Source: Syntrophales bacterium (GTDB taxonomy: Bacteria; Desulfobacterota; Syntrophia; Syntrophales; UBA4778). Taken from it: a stretch of 64,000 bases of DNA. Shown here piece by piece: positions 8,662-18,800 of this stretch; position 1 is the first letter of the stretch; every line of letters begins with the position of its first letter. The stretch lies in assembly GCA_963665615.2 (NCBI GenBank), contig CAXXQE010000006.1, forward strand, positions 248,001-312,000, read 5' to 3'. The translations under genes were made by a program, and so were the position numbers. The notes beneath the pieces are model-generated. The model did not search any database and was not told the DNA's origin. It was given only the letters and a program-made list of their open reading frames with translations.

Positions 8662-10317
8662 GTGGCTGAATTTAACCTGATTAATGAAGAGTGGATTCCC
8701 TGCATTACCCTCGATGGGCACAGCGAGGAGTTCGGAATTCGCGATACGCTGCTGAAGGCGCACGAGATCCGCGAAATTTGCGATGACTCGCCGCTTGTGA
8801 CGGTGGCCATCCACCGGCTGCTTCTGGCGATTTTGTACCGGGCTTATAGTGGCCCAAGCGATTTCGGCAGATGGAATGGGCTATATGCTCAGGGCAAGTT
8901 CGATCCTGAAACCGTCACCATTTATTTGGAGCAATGGAAGGGGAAGAATCGTTTTTACCTTATGGATGACAAGCATCCGTTCTATCAAATGAGCGGACTT
9001 GAAACGAACAACTCTGTTTCCGTCAATCGTCTTGCTACAGAATGCGCAAGCGGAAATAACGCTACACTCTTTGATCACTGTAGTGATGAAGAAAAAGTAT
9101 CTTGGTCATATGCAAAAGTTGCCAGACAATTGCTCTCATGCCAGTCATTTGCACTGGGATTTGGGAAAAGCGGCAACGCTAAAATAAGTGGTAAGAATGA
9201 GACCTTGCCATATTCGGCTGACGCGATAGCGCTGCGCGGGATGACTGTATGGATACAGGGTCCGACTTTGTTTGACACGCTTATGACAAATCTTGCTCCT
9301 TCTGAAGATGAGTCGCTTCCTCCTTGGGAGCTGAGCGATCCGCATAAACATCGGGATAAGCTTGTTGGCAAAGATAGAAAGGCAGTCGGATCCATAGGCA
9401 CGGTTGACCGCTTCACATGGCAAAGCCGTCTGGTTCGATTAATTCCCAATGATATGTACGTGTCGAGGGTGTTTTTTACCCAAGGGCGATCAGCCGATAA
9501 GTCGGCTGGCGATCCGATGAAAGCCTATCGTATTTCTAAAGAAGAGGGTATTTCCGCTGTGTCTTTAAGCAGCAACAAAGCGGCATGGCGAGATGCTCAT
9601 GCAATCCTCACGATCCCTCCGCCTGACAGCAACGAGCGAAGGCCCGAGTGTTTCAATCTCCTCGCTAGGGCTTCTGCGAGCGGCGTGATCAGCAACGATA
9701 AACCATTTTTTGCTCAAGTTGTGGGGTTGGCATCAGCACCGAATAAAGCAGGTAAGTTTTTGCTTTGGCGGCACGAGCGCTTACCGGCTCCGCCTGCTTT
9801 CCTTGGTGATGAAAATCTGAGCAAACGCGAGCGACTTGGCGGACTCCTTGAGTGTGCTGAGCAAGCCGCCATAGTGCTCAACAATCGTGTGCGGCGAATC
9901 GCCAAACTCTATCTGTCACCCGGCAGCGAATCGCCTGACGGCCAACAACCCGACAAGGATGAGGTAACCAAGGTAGTTAACGCGATTGATCCTCGTCCCG
10001 TCTACTGGGCGCGGCTGGAGGAGCATTTTTTCGATCTGCTGGAAAATCTGTCGAGCGATTGGGACGGGAGTGCGGGTGATTGGAAACCCGACGATCAACA
10101 GATCGCGACGCGGACATGGCGAGACGCTATAAAGCAGGAAGCGAAGCAAGCGCTTGGTGAGAGCATCCGCTGTCTCGGCACAACCGCTCGCGCGATCAGC
10201 GCAGTTGCCCGCGTCCAGACGGATTTCAGCGACAACGATTTGAGGCCACAGCCGCCGAAGGCCAAAACTGTCAAACAGAAATCAAAGTCAACCAGAAAAG
10301 GAGGTAAAAAGAAATGA
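8662..10317 (+). CDS. cas8e: Type I-E Cascade large subunit Cas8e (Cse1/CasA)
   Basis: FNLINEEWIP, VAIHRLLLAIL, HPFYQ, SGNNATLFDH, FTWQSRLVRL, DPMKAY. Position after cas3. Confidence 0.93.
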   Translation: MAEFNLINEEWIPCITLDGHSEEFGIRDTLLKAHEIREICDDSPLVTVAIHRLLLAILYRAYSGPSDFGRWNGLYAQGKFDPETVTIYLEQWKGKNRFYLMDDKHPFYQMSGLETNNSVSVNRLATECASGNNATLFDHCSDEEKVSWSYAKVARQLLSCQSFALGFGKSGNAKISGKNETLPYSADAIALRGMTVWIQGPTLFDTLMTNLAPSEDESLPPWELSDPHKHRDKLVGKDRKAVGSIGTVDRFTWQSRLVRLIPNDMYVSRVFFTQGRSADKSAGDPMKAYRISKEEGISAVSLSSNKAAWRDAHAILTIPPPDSNERRPECFNLLARASASGVISNDKPFFAQVVGLASAPNKAGKFLLWRHERLPAPPAFLGDENLSKRERLGGLLECAEQAAIVLNNRVRRIAKLYLSPGSESPDGQQPDKDEVTKVVNAIDPRPVYWARLEEHFFDLLENLSSDWDGSAGDWKPDDQQIATRTWRDAIKQEAKQALGESIRCLGTTARAISAVARVQTDFSDNDLRPQPPKAKTVKQKSKSTRKGGKKK

Positions 10318-10796
10318 GCCTGGACGACCAACAAAAGACCTTTATTGGTTATCTGCTCAACCTTGCCAAGGAAGGACAGGAAGACCGGGGTGCGCTGGCC
10401 GACCTGCGCACCGGCCTTGGAAAGGAGCCGAGACAAATGGCCCGTGTGCACAGGCATGTTGTGCCATATCTGCCGGAGCAGCGTTACAACGACCGCTGGT
10501 ATTATGTTACCGCGACGCTGTTTGGATTATTTCCGAAACATCGGAATGGCTGCTCGTTGGGAGCCGCTTTTCAGCCATTGCGGGCCAAGAGCGGCAGCAT
10601 GGAGGCGCGATTCGTGGCGCTTCTCAACGCCCACACTGATGATCTCGATGTTCATTTGCGACACATTGTCCGCTTGCTTGAATCGGCAAAGCCGCCACAA
10701 CCGCTTGATTGGTTCCGGCTATTCGACGACCTGCTTCACTGGGATCATCAGGAGGGGCGTGTCCAGTTGAAATGGGCGCGTGATTTTTACAAATAG
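10314..10796 (+). CDS. cas11: Type I-E small subunit Cas11 (Cse2/CasB)
   Basis: DRGALADLR, SLGAAF, RFVALL, LDWFRLFDDLLHW, WARDFY. Confidence 0.92.
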   Translation: MSLDDQQKTFIGYLLNLAKEGQEDRGALADLRTGLGKEPRQMARVHRHVVPYLPEQRYNDRWYYVTATLFGLFPKHRNGCSLGAAFQPLRAKSGSMEARFVALLNAHTDDLDVHLRHIVRLLESAKPPQPLDWFRLFDDLLHWDHQEGRVQLKWARDFYK

Positions 10797-10850
10797 CAAC
10801 AACAGCAGTGGAGATGATACCAACCTCAGAAAAAAAGGAGATCAAAAGCC

Positions 10851-12059
10851 ATGAATAATTCCGGCATCAAAATCGAAGCGCATTTGATTCAGAATTTCGC
10901 CCCTTCAAACCTCAACCGCGACGACACGGGCCAGCCCAAGAGCGCCACCTTCGGTGGGTTCCGCCGGGCGCGAGTTTCGAGCCAATGCAGTAAAAGAAGC
11001 ACACGGCGAGAAGGGCCGATGAGTGAACTGCTCGAACAGTGCGGAGCCGTTCGTACGCGACAACTGATCGTAGAGATTGCCAAGGGCATTGATAAGCAGG
11101 ATAAACCCGACGATATAACTATTAAAACAGTCACCTCCGTGTTCGAGGCCGGGGGGCTCGAGAAGAGTACCGAGGCATCCAAGAACACTACAAGGATTTT
11201 AGTGTTTCTCGATAAAGAAGCTCTTCCGCACTTGGTTAGCGTGTTTCGAGAGAATTGGCAGGATTTGACCAAAAAAAACAAGAAGACACAAGAGGATGCA
11301 CGGGATCGTGTGGGGCAGATTCTTTTCGAGGCAGTCAAGGCACCGGATATTGCCCTGTTTGGACGAATGCTAGAGTTGAAAGATAGCACGCCATTCGGCA
11401 AATACAACATGCGTGTCGATGCCGCCTGCCAGGTCGCCCATCCTCTTTCAACGCACAAGGTGGATATGGAGATGGATTTCTATACCGCAGTGGACGATCT
11501 GAATCCGGAAGAAGAAACCGGCGCGGGAATGATGGGCGTCGTCGGCTTCAACAGCGCCTGCTATTACCGTTATGCGCTGGTGGACCGTGACCAGCTTGCC
11601 CGCAATCTGGCCCGAAAAACCGAACGCAAAAACGGTCAATGGGTTCAAATCCTCACGCAAGAGGATTACACTGAGGCAGACAAGGTCATCAAGGCATTTC
11701 TCGAAGCGATGGTTTATGCCATTCCGACCGGAAAACAGAACTCCTTTGCCGCCCAGAATTTGCCGTCATTCGGCCTGTTCGTCCGGCGTCAAGGAGGGGT
11801 GCCTATTTCTCTGGCCAACGCCTTCGCCAAACCCGTGCGCCCCCAAAAGGACGATGACGATCTTGTCGGCCTGTCTATAGCGGCGCTAACCAAGCATTGG
11901 GAAGCTCTAAAAGCCGTTTACGGCGATCAAGGTGTTTTGAACACGTCTTGTTTTCATCTTCAACAGGAAGGCCGTTTGAATGGACTCAAGGATTCGGCCA
12001 AGAAGAACAACGTCGAAGACGCCATTAAAACCGTTTTGGAGGTGGGGGGGCAGCCATGA
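10851..12059 (+). CDS. cas7: Type I-E backbone Cas7 (Cse4/CasC)
   Basis: HLIQNFAPSNLNRDDTGQPK, RARVSSQ, DIALFGRM, CQVAH, DFYTAVDD, PTGKQNSFA. Confidence 0.96.
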   Translation: MNNSGIKIEAHLIQNFAPSNLNRDDTGQPKSATFGGFRRARVSSQCSKRSTRREGPMSELLEQCGAVRTRQLIVEIAKGIDKQDKPDDITIKTVTSVFEAGGLEKSTEASKNTTRILVFLDKEALPHLVSVFRENWQDLTKKNKKTQEDARDRVGQILFEAVKAPDIALFGRMLELKDSTPFGKYNMRVDAACQVAHPLSTHKVDMEMDFYTAVDDLNPEEETGAGMMGVVGFNSACYYRYALVDRDQLARNLARKTERKNGQWVQILTQEDYTEADKVIKAFLEAMVYAIPTGKQNSFAAQNLPSFGLFVRRQGGVPISLANAFAKPVRPQKDDDDLVGLSIAALTKHWEALKAVYGDQGVLNTSCFHLQQEGRLNGLKDSAKKNNVEDAIKTVLEVGGQP

Positions 12060-12727
12060 GACGGTACTACACATTGCTCTTGCGGCTCGAAGGCCCTATG
12101 CAGTCATGGGGTTATCGGAGCCGCTTTGATTACCGCGACACAGCATTGGAACCGACGCGTAGCGGCGTGATTGGTCTGATCTGCGCCGCCATGGGCATTG
12201 CACGCGAGGATGAGAAAAAAATCTTGCGGTTTGATCCCATTCGTATGGGTGTGCGTGTTGATGAGCCTACTTACTGGCGGACCTGTTTGCCTCGGGCAGT
12301 CTATCAGGGACCACGTCCGGAGCGTGACTACCACACGGCGCTCGACGTCATCAAGGCGGATGGCAAAGGGACAGATACAGTGGTGTCCTATCGTGATTAT
12401 CTGGCCGATGCCTCGTTCACGGTCGGTTTGCAATCAGAGGATTTGCAGCTTCTCCAAGACATCGCAGACGCATTGCAAAGTCCGAAATGGCCGCTGTTTC
12501 TCGGGCGGAAGGCATTTCCACTGGCCGTGCCGCCTCTTAAACCTGGGGAGGTGCCCAAAGAGGGTTGTTTGGAAGACCACCTTCTCTCGGACGACAAAAA
12601 AAAACGTGTGGTGTTGGAATCGCCGGATGGTGAGCGAACCCAGCATGATTGGCCGCTCTGCTTTAGCGAGCGACGCTTCAAGCCAAGAGCAATGACGACT
12701 CGTTTCACAGGAGGGATAAAATCATGA
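12056..12727 (+). CDS. cas5: Type I-E Cas5 (CasD)
   Basis: LLLRLEGPMQSWG, PTRSGVIGLICAAMG, RDYHT, RDYLADASF, LFLGRK. Confidence 0.95.
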   Translation: MRRYYTLLLRLEGPMQSWGYRSRFDYRDTALEPTRSGVIGLICAAMGIAREDEKKILRFDPIRMGVRVDEPTYWRTCLPRAVYQGPRPERDYHTALDVIKADGKGTDTVVSYRDYLADASFTVGLQSEDLQLLQDIADALQSPKWPLFLGRKAFPLAVPPLKPGEVPKEGCLEDHLLSDDKKKRVVLESPDGERTQHDWPLCFSERRFKPRAMTTRFTGGIKS

Positions 12728-13506
12728 GCGATGTGAACTCCCCATTGTATCTCTCCCGATTGATCCTGGACTTGAATTGCCGGCAAGTGCGTAGTGAGTT
12801 AGCCCAGCCTTACGAGATGCACCGCACCATCATGCACGCTTTCGACGGATATACGGTTAATAAAGACGAAAAGGCGCGGGAAAAATTTGATGTCCTTTTT
12901 CGCGGAGATGTGGACGATCAGAATAGTCGCGCTGTCGTTTATGTTCAATCCATCGTCGAACCCGACTGGTCTTACCTTGATAAGTGCAAGAATTACCTGC
13001 TTTCCGAAAAGGGTATTCCGAACCCGGCCTATAAAAATGTTGCGGTATCATATAGGGGACTTCGGAACGGACAAACAGTAGCGTTCAGTCTGCGTGCGAA
13101 TCCCACAAAGCGCATCTTCAAGCCATTAAAGGGTGACGATGTGTTGAAGGGCAAGCGTGTGGCGCTTCTTCTTGAGGAGGAACAGATTGACTGGCTTGTT
13201 CGCAAGGGAGATGAACGTGAAAATGGTTGCCCCGGTGGTTTTGAGATTCTCGCCAAGGAAATCGAGGAACAGAATGAAGAAATCAAACAGATCGTACATG
13301 TAAACACCACGCCAGAAGGGAAACAGACAGGGTATAAAAAGGACGAGAAGGGTGAAAGACGTGGGCATCGGATGACTCACTTAACCGTTCGTTTCGATGG
13401 TCTATTACGCATTACCGATCCCGACGCATTTCGAGAAACTCTTATCCGCGGAATCGGCCCCGCCAAAGCCTTCGGCTGCGGCTTGATGCTTGTGAAGTGG
13501 GTATAG
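12724..13506 (+). CDS. cas6e: Type I-E crRNA endoribonuclease Cas6e (Cse3/CasE)
   Basis: YLSRL, YEMHR, FSLRANPTK and G-rich loop GIGPAKAFGCGL. Confidence 0.95.
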   Translation: MSDVNSPLYLSRLILDLNCRQVRSELAQPYEMHRTIMHAFDGYTVNKDEKAREKFDVLFRGDVDDQNSRAVVYVQSIVEPDWSYLDKCKNYLLSEKGIPNPAYKNVAVSYRGLRNGQTVAFSLRANPTKRIFKPLKGDDVLKGKRVALLLEEEQIDWLVRKGDERENGCPGGFEILAKEIEEQNEEIKQIVHVNTTPEGKQTGYKKDEKGERRGHRMTHLTVRFDGLLRITDPDAFRETLIRGIGPAKAFGCGLMLVKWV

Positions 13507-13529
13507 AATTGTTATGAGAAAGCATGGAA

Positions 13530-13562
13530 TTTGAACTATCGACGATTTGTCGACGGTTCAAA
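13530..13562. promoter_or_regulatory. Imperfect inverted repeat between cas6e and the Bro-N gene
   Basis: TTTGAACTATCGAC-GATTT-GTCGACGGTTCAAA (12/14 Watson-Crick). Confidence 0.45.
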
Positions 13563-13625
13563 CCACCTGTCTTGAAAAAAAGCGGAAAACCGTCTTTGCT
13601 GGCTGATGAATAGAGGAGCAAGTAC

Positions 13626-14468
13626 ATGACAGACTCTCTGGCGATTTTTGAAGCTTACAAGATTCGACGGTATTACGATGAGCAGAGCGAGACGTGGCAT
13701 TTTTCTGTCGTTGATATTATCCAGGTGCTCATTCAGCAGCCCGATTACCAAACCGCTCGGAAATATTGGAACAAGCTTAAAGAGCGACTGAAAAAAGAAG
13801 GCAGCGAGTCGGTGACAAATTGTCACCAACTGAAATTGGAAGCCGCAGACGGCAAAAAATATCTGACCGATGCCGCCGATCCGGAAACGATCTTGCGCAT
13901 CGTCCAGTCCGTGCCCAGTCCGAAAGCGGAACCCATTAAACTATGGCTGGCCAAGGTCGGCTATGAGCGGATGCAGGATATGGCGGACCCGGCGCGTTCC
14001 GTTGACCGTGCACGGCAGTTCTGGCTGGAGCATGGCAGAAGCGAGAAGTGGATTCAGCAGCGGATGATGGGGCAGGAAACCCGGAATAAGCTTACCGATT
14101 ATTGGCAAAATCATGAGATCACAAAAGAAGAAGAATTTGCCGTCCTCACAAACATCATCCACAAAGAATGGTCGGATGTGACCGTGCAGGAGCATAAAAA
14201 GATCAAAGGACTGAAATCGCAAAACCTCCGCGATCACATGAGTGAGGCCGAGCTGATTTTCACGGCGCTGGCAGAGCTGTCAACAAGACAAATTGCCGAA
14301 AGCGTGGATGCAACCGGCATGAAAGCGAACAAGACTGCCGGGATCAAGGGCGGCAGAATCGCCAAAAAAGCACGTCTTGAGCTGGAGGCGAAGACGGGCA
14401 GAAAAGTGATTACGCGGGAAAGCTTTTTACCGCCTGCGCCAAAGAAGAAATCAAGAAAGAGAAAGTAA
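13626..14468 (+). CDS. Bro-N domain / phage antirepressor-like DNA-binding protein inserted in the cas operon
   Basis: IRRYYD...WHFSVVDII, ARKYWNKLKERL, ADGKKYLTDAA, RIVQSVPSPKAEPIKLWLA, NLRDHM. Own GAGGAG RBS. Confidence 0.85.
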   Translation: MTDSLAIFEAYKIRRYYDEQSETWHFSVVDIIQVLIQQPDYQTARKYWNKLKERLKKEGSESVTNCHQLKLEAADGKKYLTDAADPETILRIVQSVPSPKAEPIKLWLAKVGYERMQDMADPARSVDRARQFWLEHGRSEKWIQQRMMGQETRNKLTDYWQNHEITKEEEFAVLTNIIHKEWSDVTVQEHKKIKGLKSQNLRDHMSEAELIFTALAELSTRQIAESVDATGMKANKTAGIKGGRIAKKARLELEAKTGRKVITRESFLPPAPKKKSRKRK

Positions 14469-14541
14469 CCGCAGAGAAGGAGCTATCCAACTGAGGGGAA
14501 ATTTAAAAAGGCAGCTCAGCGTTATGGAAGGATAAGCGAAT

Positions 14542-15745
<1,204 letters not shown>

Positions 15746-15823
15746 TCATAATATTATGCCGATTTCTTCGGTAAAAAATTGCTCTTTGAAAACTGAATAG
15801 GAATTCAAAGGGATAGAAGAAGT
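15746..15823 (+). promoter_or_regulatory. CRISPR leader (AT-rich, 78 bp)
   Basis: Lies between the cas2 stop and the first repeat. Contains an IHF-like ATTCAAAGGGATA close to the repeat. Variant repeats are at the opposite array end. Confidence 0.75.
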
Positions 15824-18800
15824 GTGTTCCCCACATGCGTGGGGATGAACCGCGCGGAGGAGCTGAGAGCCACCGGGGACGCTAGTGTTCCCCACATGCG
15901 TGGGGATGAACCGACGATACGTTCCTTGTGCGGACTTTCGGGATAGTGTTCCCCACATGCGTGGGGATGAACCGGCTGAAAAGAAAAAGGAACCTAGTCG
16001 AAAACTGTGTTCCCCACATGCGTGGGGATGAACCGACGGGATGTGTTATGTGATGTGCTGTAAGGAAGTGTTCCCCACATGCGTGGGGATGAACCGGCCC
16101 TCCTCTCTTCATCGATACCATTTTGCGCGTGTTCCCCACATGCGTGGGGATGAACCGGGATAAGGGGTAAGGTATGGACATTAAATCAAGTGTTCCCCAC
16201 ATGCGTGGGGATGAACCGGTGACTTGCTGCTCGGCCTGCTTGAGCGCGACGTGTTCCCCACATGCGTGGGGATGAACCGATAAACGATGTTCGTTCCGTG
16301 CGTATGCCCCCGTGTTCCCCACATGCGTGGGGATGAACCGAAAACGAAAAAATCAAAAACGAAACACAATGCGTGTTCCCCACATGCGTGGGGATGAACC
16401 GATCGCAAAAATGAGCGCCCGGACGTATCAGCTGTGTTCCCCACATGCGTGGGGATGAACCGCTATTACCGCCCTAGATATTCTATGATAAACTGTGTTC
16501 CCCACATGCGTGGGGATGAACCGGTGATATGTAGTATCTTCTGCTTTCACCCTAGGTGTTCCCCACATGCGTGGGGATGAACCGTCGCACTCTACAAGGT
16601 TGCCGTCACCGAATACGTGTTCCCCACATGCGTGGGGATGAACCGTACTGAGGATAGATACCCTAATATTGCATAACGTGTTCCCCACATGCGTGGGGAT
16701 GAACCGATCAAGGCGTCCGAGGAAGCGCCTTTTAACGAGTGTTCCCCACATGCGTGGGGATGAACCGCAGAAAATCGCTCGCCATTACATCCCGGGAGAG
16801 TGTTCCCCACATGCGTGGGGATGAACCGGTTCCACCGCCGGTGTCTTATGTCAACGCCAAGTGTTCCCCACATGCGTGGGGATGAACCGGCTGATACCGC
16901 ATAGGGTTCGGCCTGACTCCCGTGTTCCCCACATGCGTGGGGATGAACCGGCAAACATGGCCTTGAGATTGGCGACATGGCGGTGTTCCCCACATGCGTG
17001 GGGATGAACCGACCTAATACCTTTGGAATCTCTAATAACAGTTGTGTTCCCCACATGCGTGGGGATGAACCGTTGCATAACTTGATAAATCTAGCGTGGT
17101 GGTAGTGTTCCCCACATGCGTGGGGATGAACCGTAAAAGGAGGGTTTATAGATGTCTACTACTACGTGTTCCCCACATGCGTGGGGATGAACCGGATGAT
17201 CTGAACGTCGTGCCATATTTAACACCGTGTTCCCCACATGCGTGGGGATGAACCGTTCGCCAGCTATATAGTGATTCAAGGTAGACTGTGTTCCCCACAT
17301 GCGTGGGGATGAACCGTCCCCGTCGCTAATTACTTGTCTAATGCTATTGTGTTCCCCACATGCGTGGGGATGAACCGATATTTACGTAAAGGTCGGCGGA
17401 CAGTACTTAGTGTTCCCCACATGCGTGGGGATGAACCGACCAGATTGATATGTTGCGGCGGCAAGCGTCTGTGTTCCCCACATGCGTGGGGATGAACCGG
17501 CAGACAAAGAAATGTTAAGCCTTACTAAGCGGTGTTCCCCACATGCGTGGGGATGAACCGACACAACATCGTTTGTCCTAGACATGGGCGATGTGTTCCC
17601 CACATGCGTGGGGATGAACCGAAACATGAAACAGACGATCATCACGTCGAACCGTGTTCCCCACATGCGTGGGGATGAACCGTTGGAGCCCGCCCCCGCG
17701 CCGAAGCAACTACCGTGTTCCCCACATGCGTGGGGATGAACCGGCAGAGATTCTTGCGGCGCTCAAGCAGTCAGGGTGTTCCCCACATGCGTGGGGATGA
17801 ACCGGGCACCCTTACGGCGGGGTCGTAAGATGAAGAGTGTTCCCCACATGCGTGGGGATGAACCGGCGGCAGGTGCGTTCAGGCCATTCGCCCTGTGGTG
17901 TTCCCCACATGCGTGGGGATGAACCGCTGGTTATCGTCTATACGATCCGCTGGTTTCCGTGTTCCCCACATGCGTGGGGATGAACCGTCCGGAACCGGGA
18001 CGATCCTTTCAGGCGATACGTGTTCCCCACATGCGTGGGGATGAACCGGAACAGAGTCGGCTCGGAAACGATGGCAAGACGTGTTCCCCACATGCGTGGG
18101 GATGAACCGGATACAACCGCATGGAATTCCCAGATGGCAGCGTGTTCCCCACATGCGTGGGGATGAACCGCGATCGGTTTTCGCCATATCGTAGTCGCGA
18201 CGTGTTCCCCACATGCGTGGGGATGAACCGAGGGGCTCGGTGATCTTAAAATCGATCTGGACGTGTTCCCCACATGCGTGGGGATGAACCGGTATCAGCT
18301 ATATCATCCAGATACAGGCCATCGTGTTCCCCACATGCGTGGGGATGAACCGTTAAAGGAACCCGGATGGACCCGAAAGATTATGTGTTCCCCACATGCG
18401 TGGGGATGAACCGTCTTGGTTAAACTGGAAGACACCACATCGCAAGTGTTCCCCACATGCGTGGGGATGAACCGTAAGGGGCAATGTGGCATTGCTTGCC
18501 GTTATAGTGTTCCCCACATGCGTGGGGATGAACCGAATATACGGTAGATTATCATGGTTATAAATTAGTGTTCCCCACATGCGTGGGGATGAACCGATAT
18601 TGCACAAGTTCATGGGCTGGACTTGGCAGTGTTCCCCACATGCGTGGGGATGAACCGCCGCGATGGTTTCGCAGAGGATATCTTTTGTGGTGTTCCCCAC
18701 ATGCGTGGGGATGAACCGAGTACAGACGCTAACGGCTTGAGGTTATTACAGTGTTCCCCACATGCGTGGGGATGAACCGTTGACCATATAAAGCAACTGC

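Noticed and set aside
17683..17714. Spacer shares the 12-mer CGCCGAAGCAAC with 4269-4280, upstream of the WYL gene (possible regulatory self-targeting)
   Set aside because: Only 12 contiguous nt, not in the seed, and expected by chance given 111 spacers and 64 kb. A systematic self-match search could not be run.
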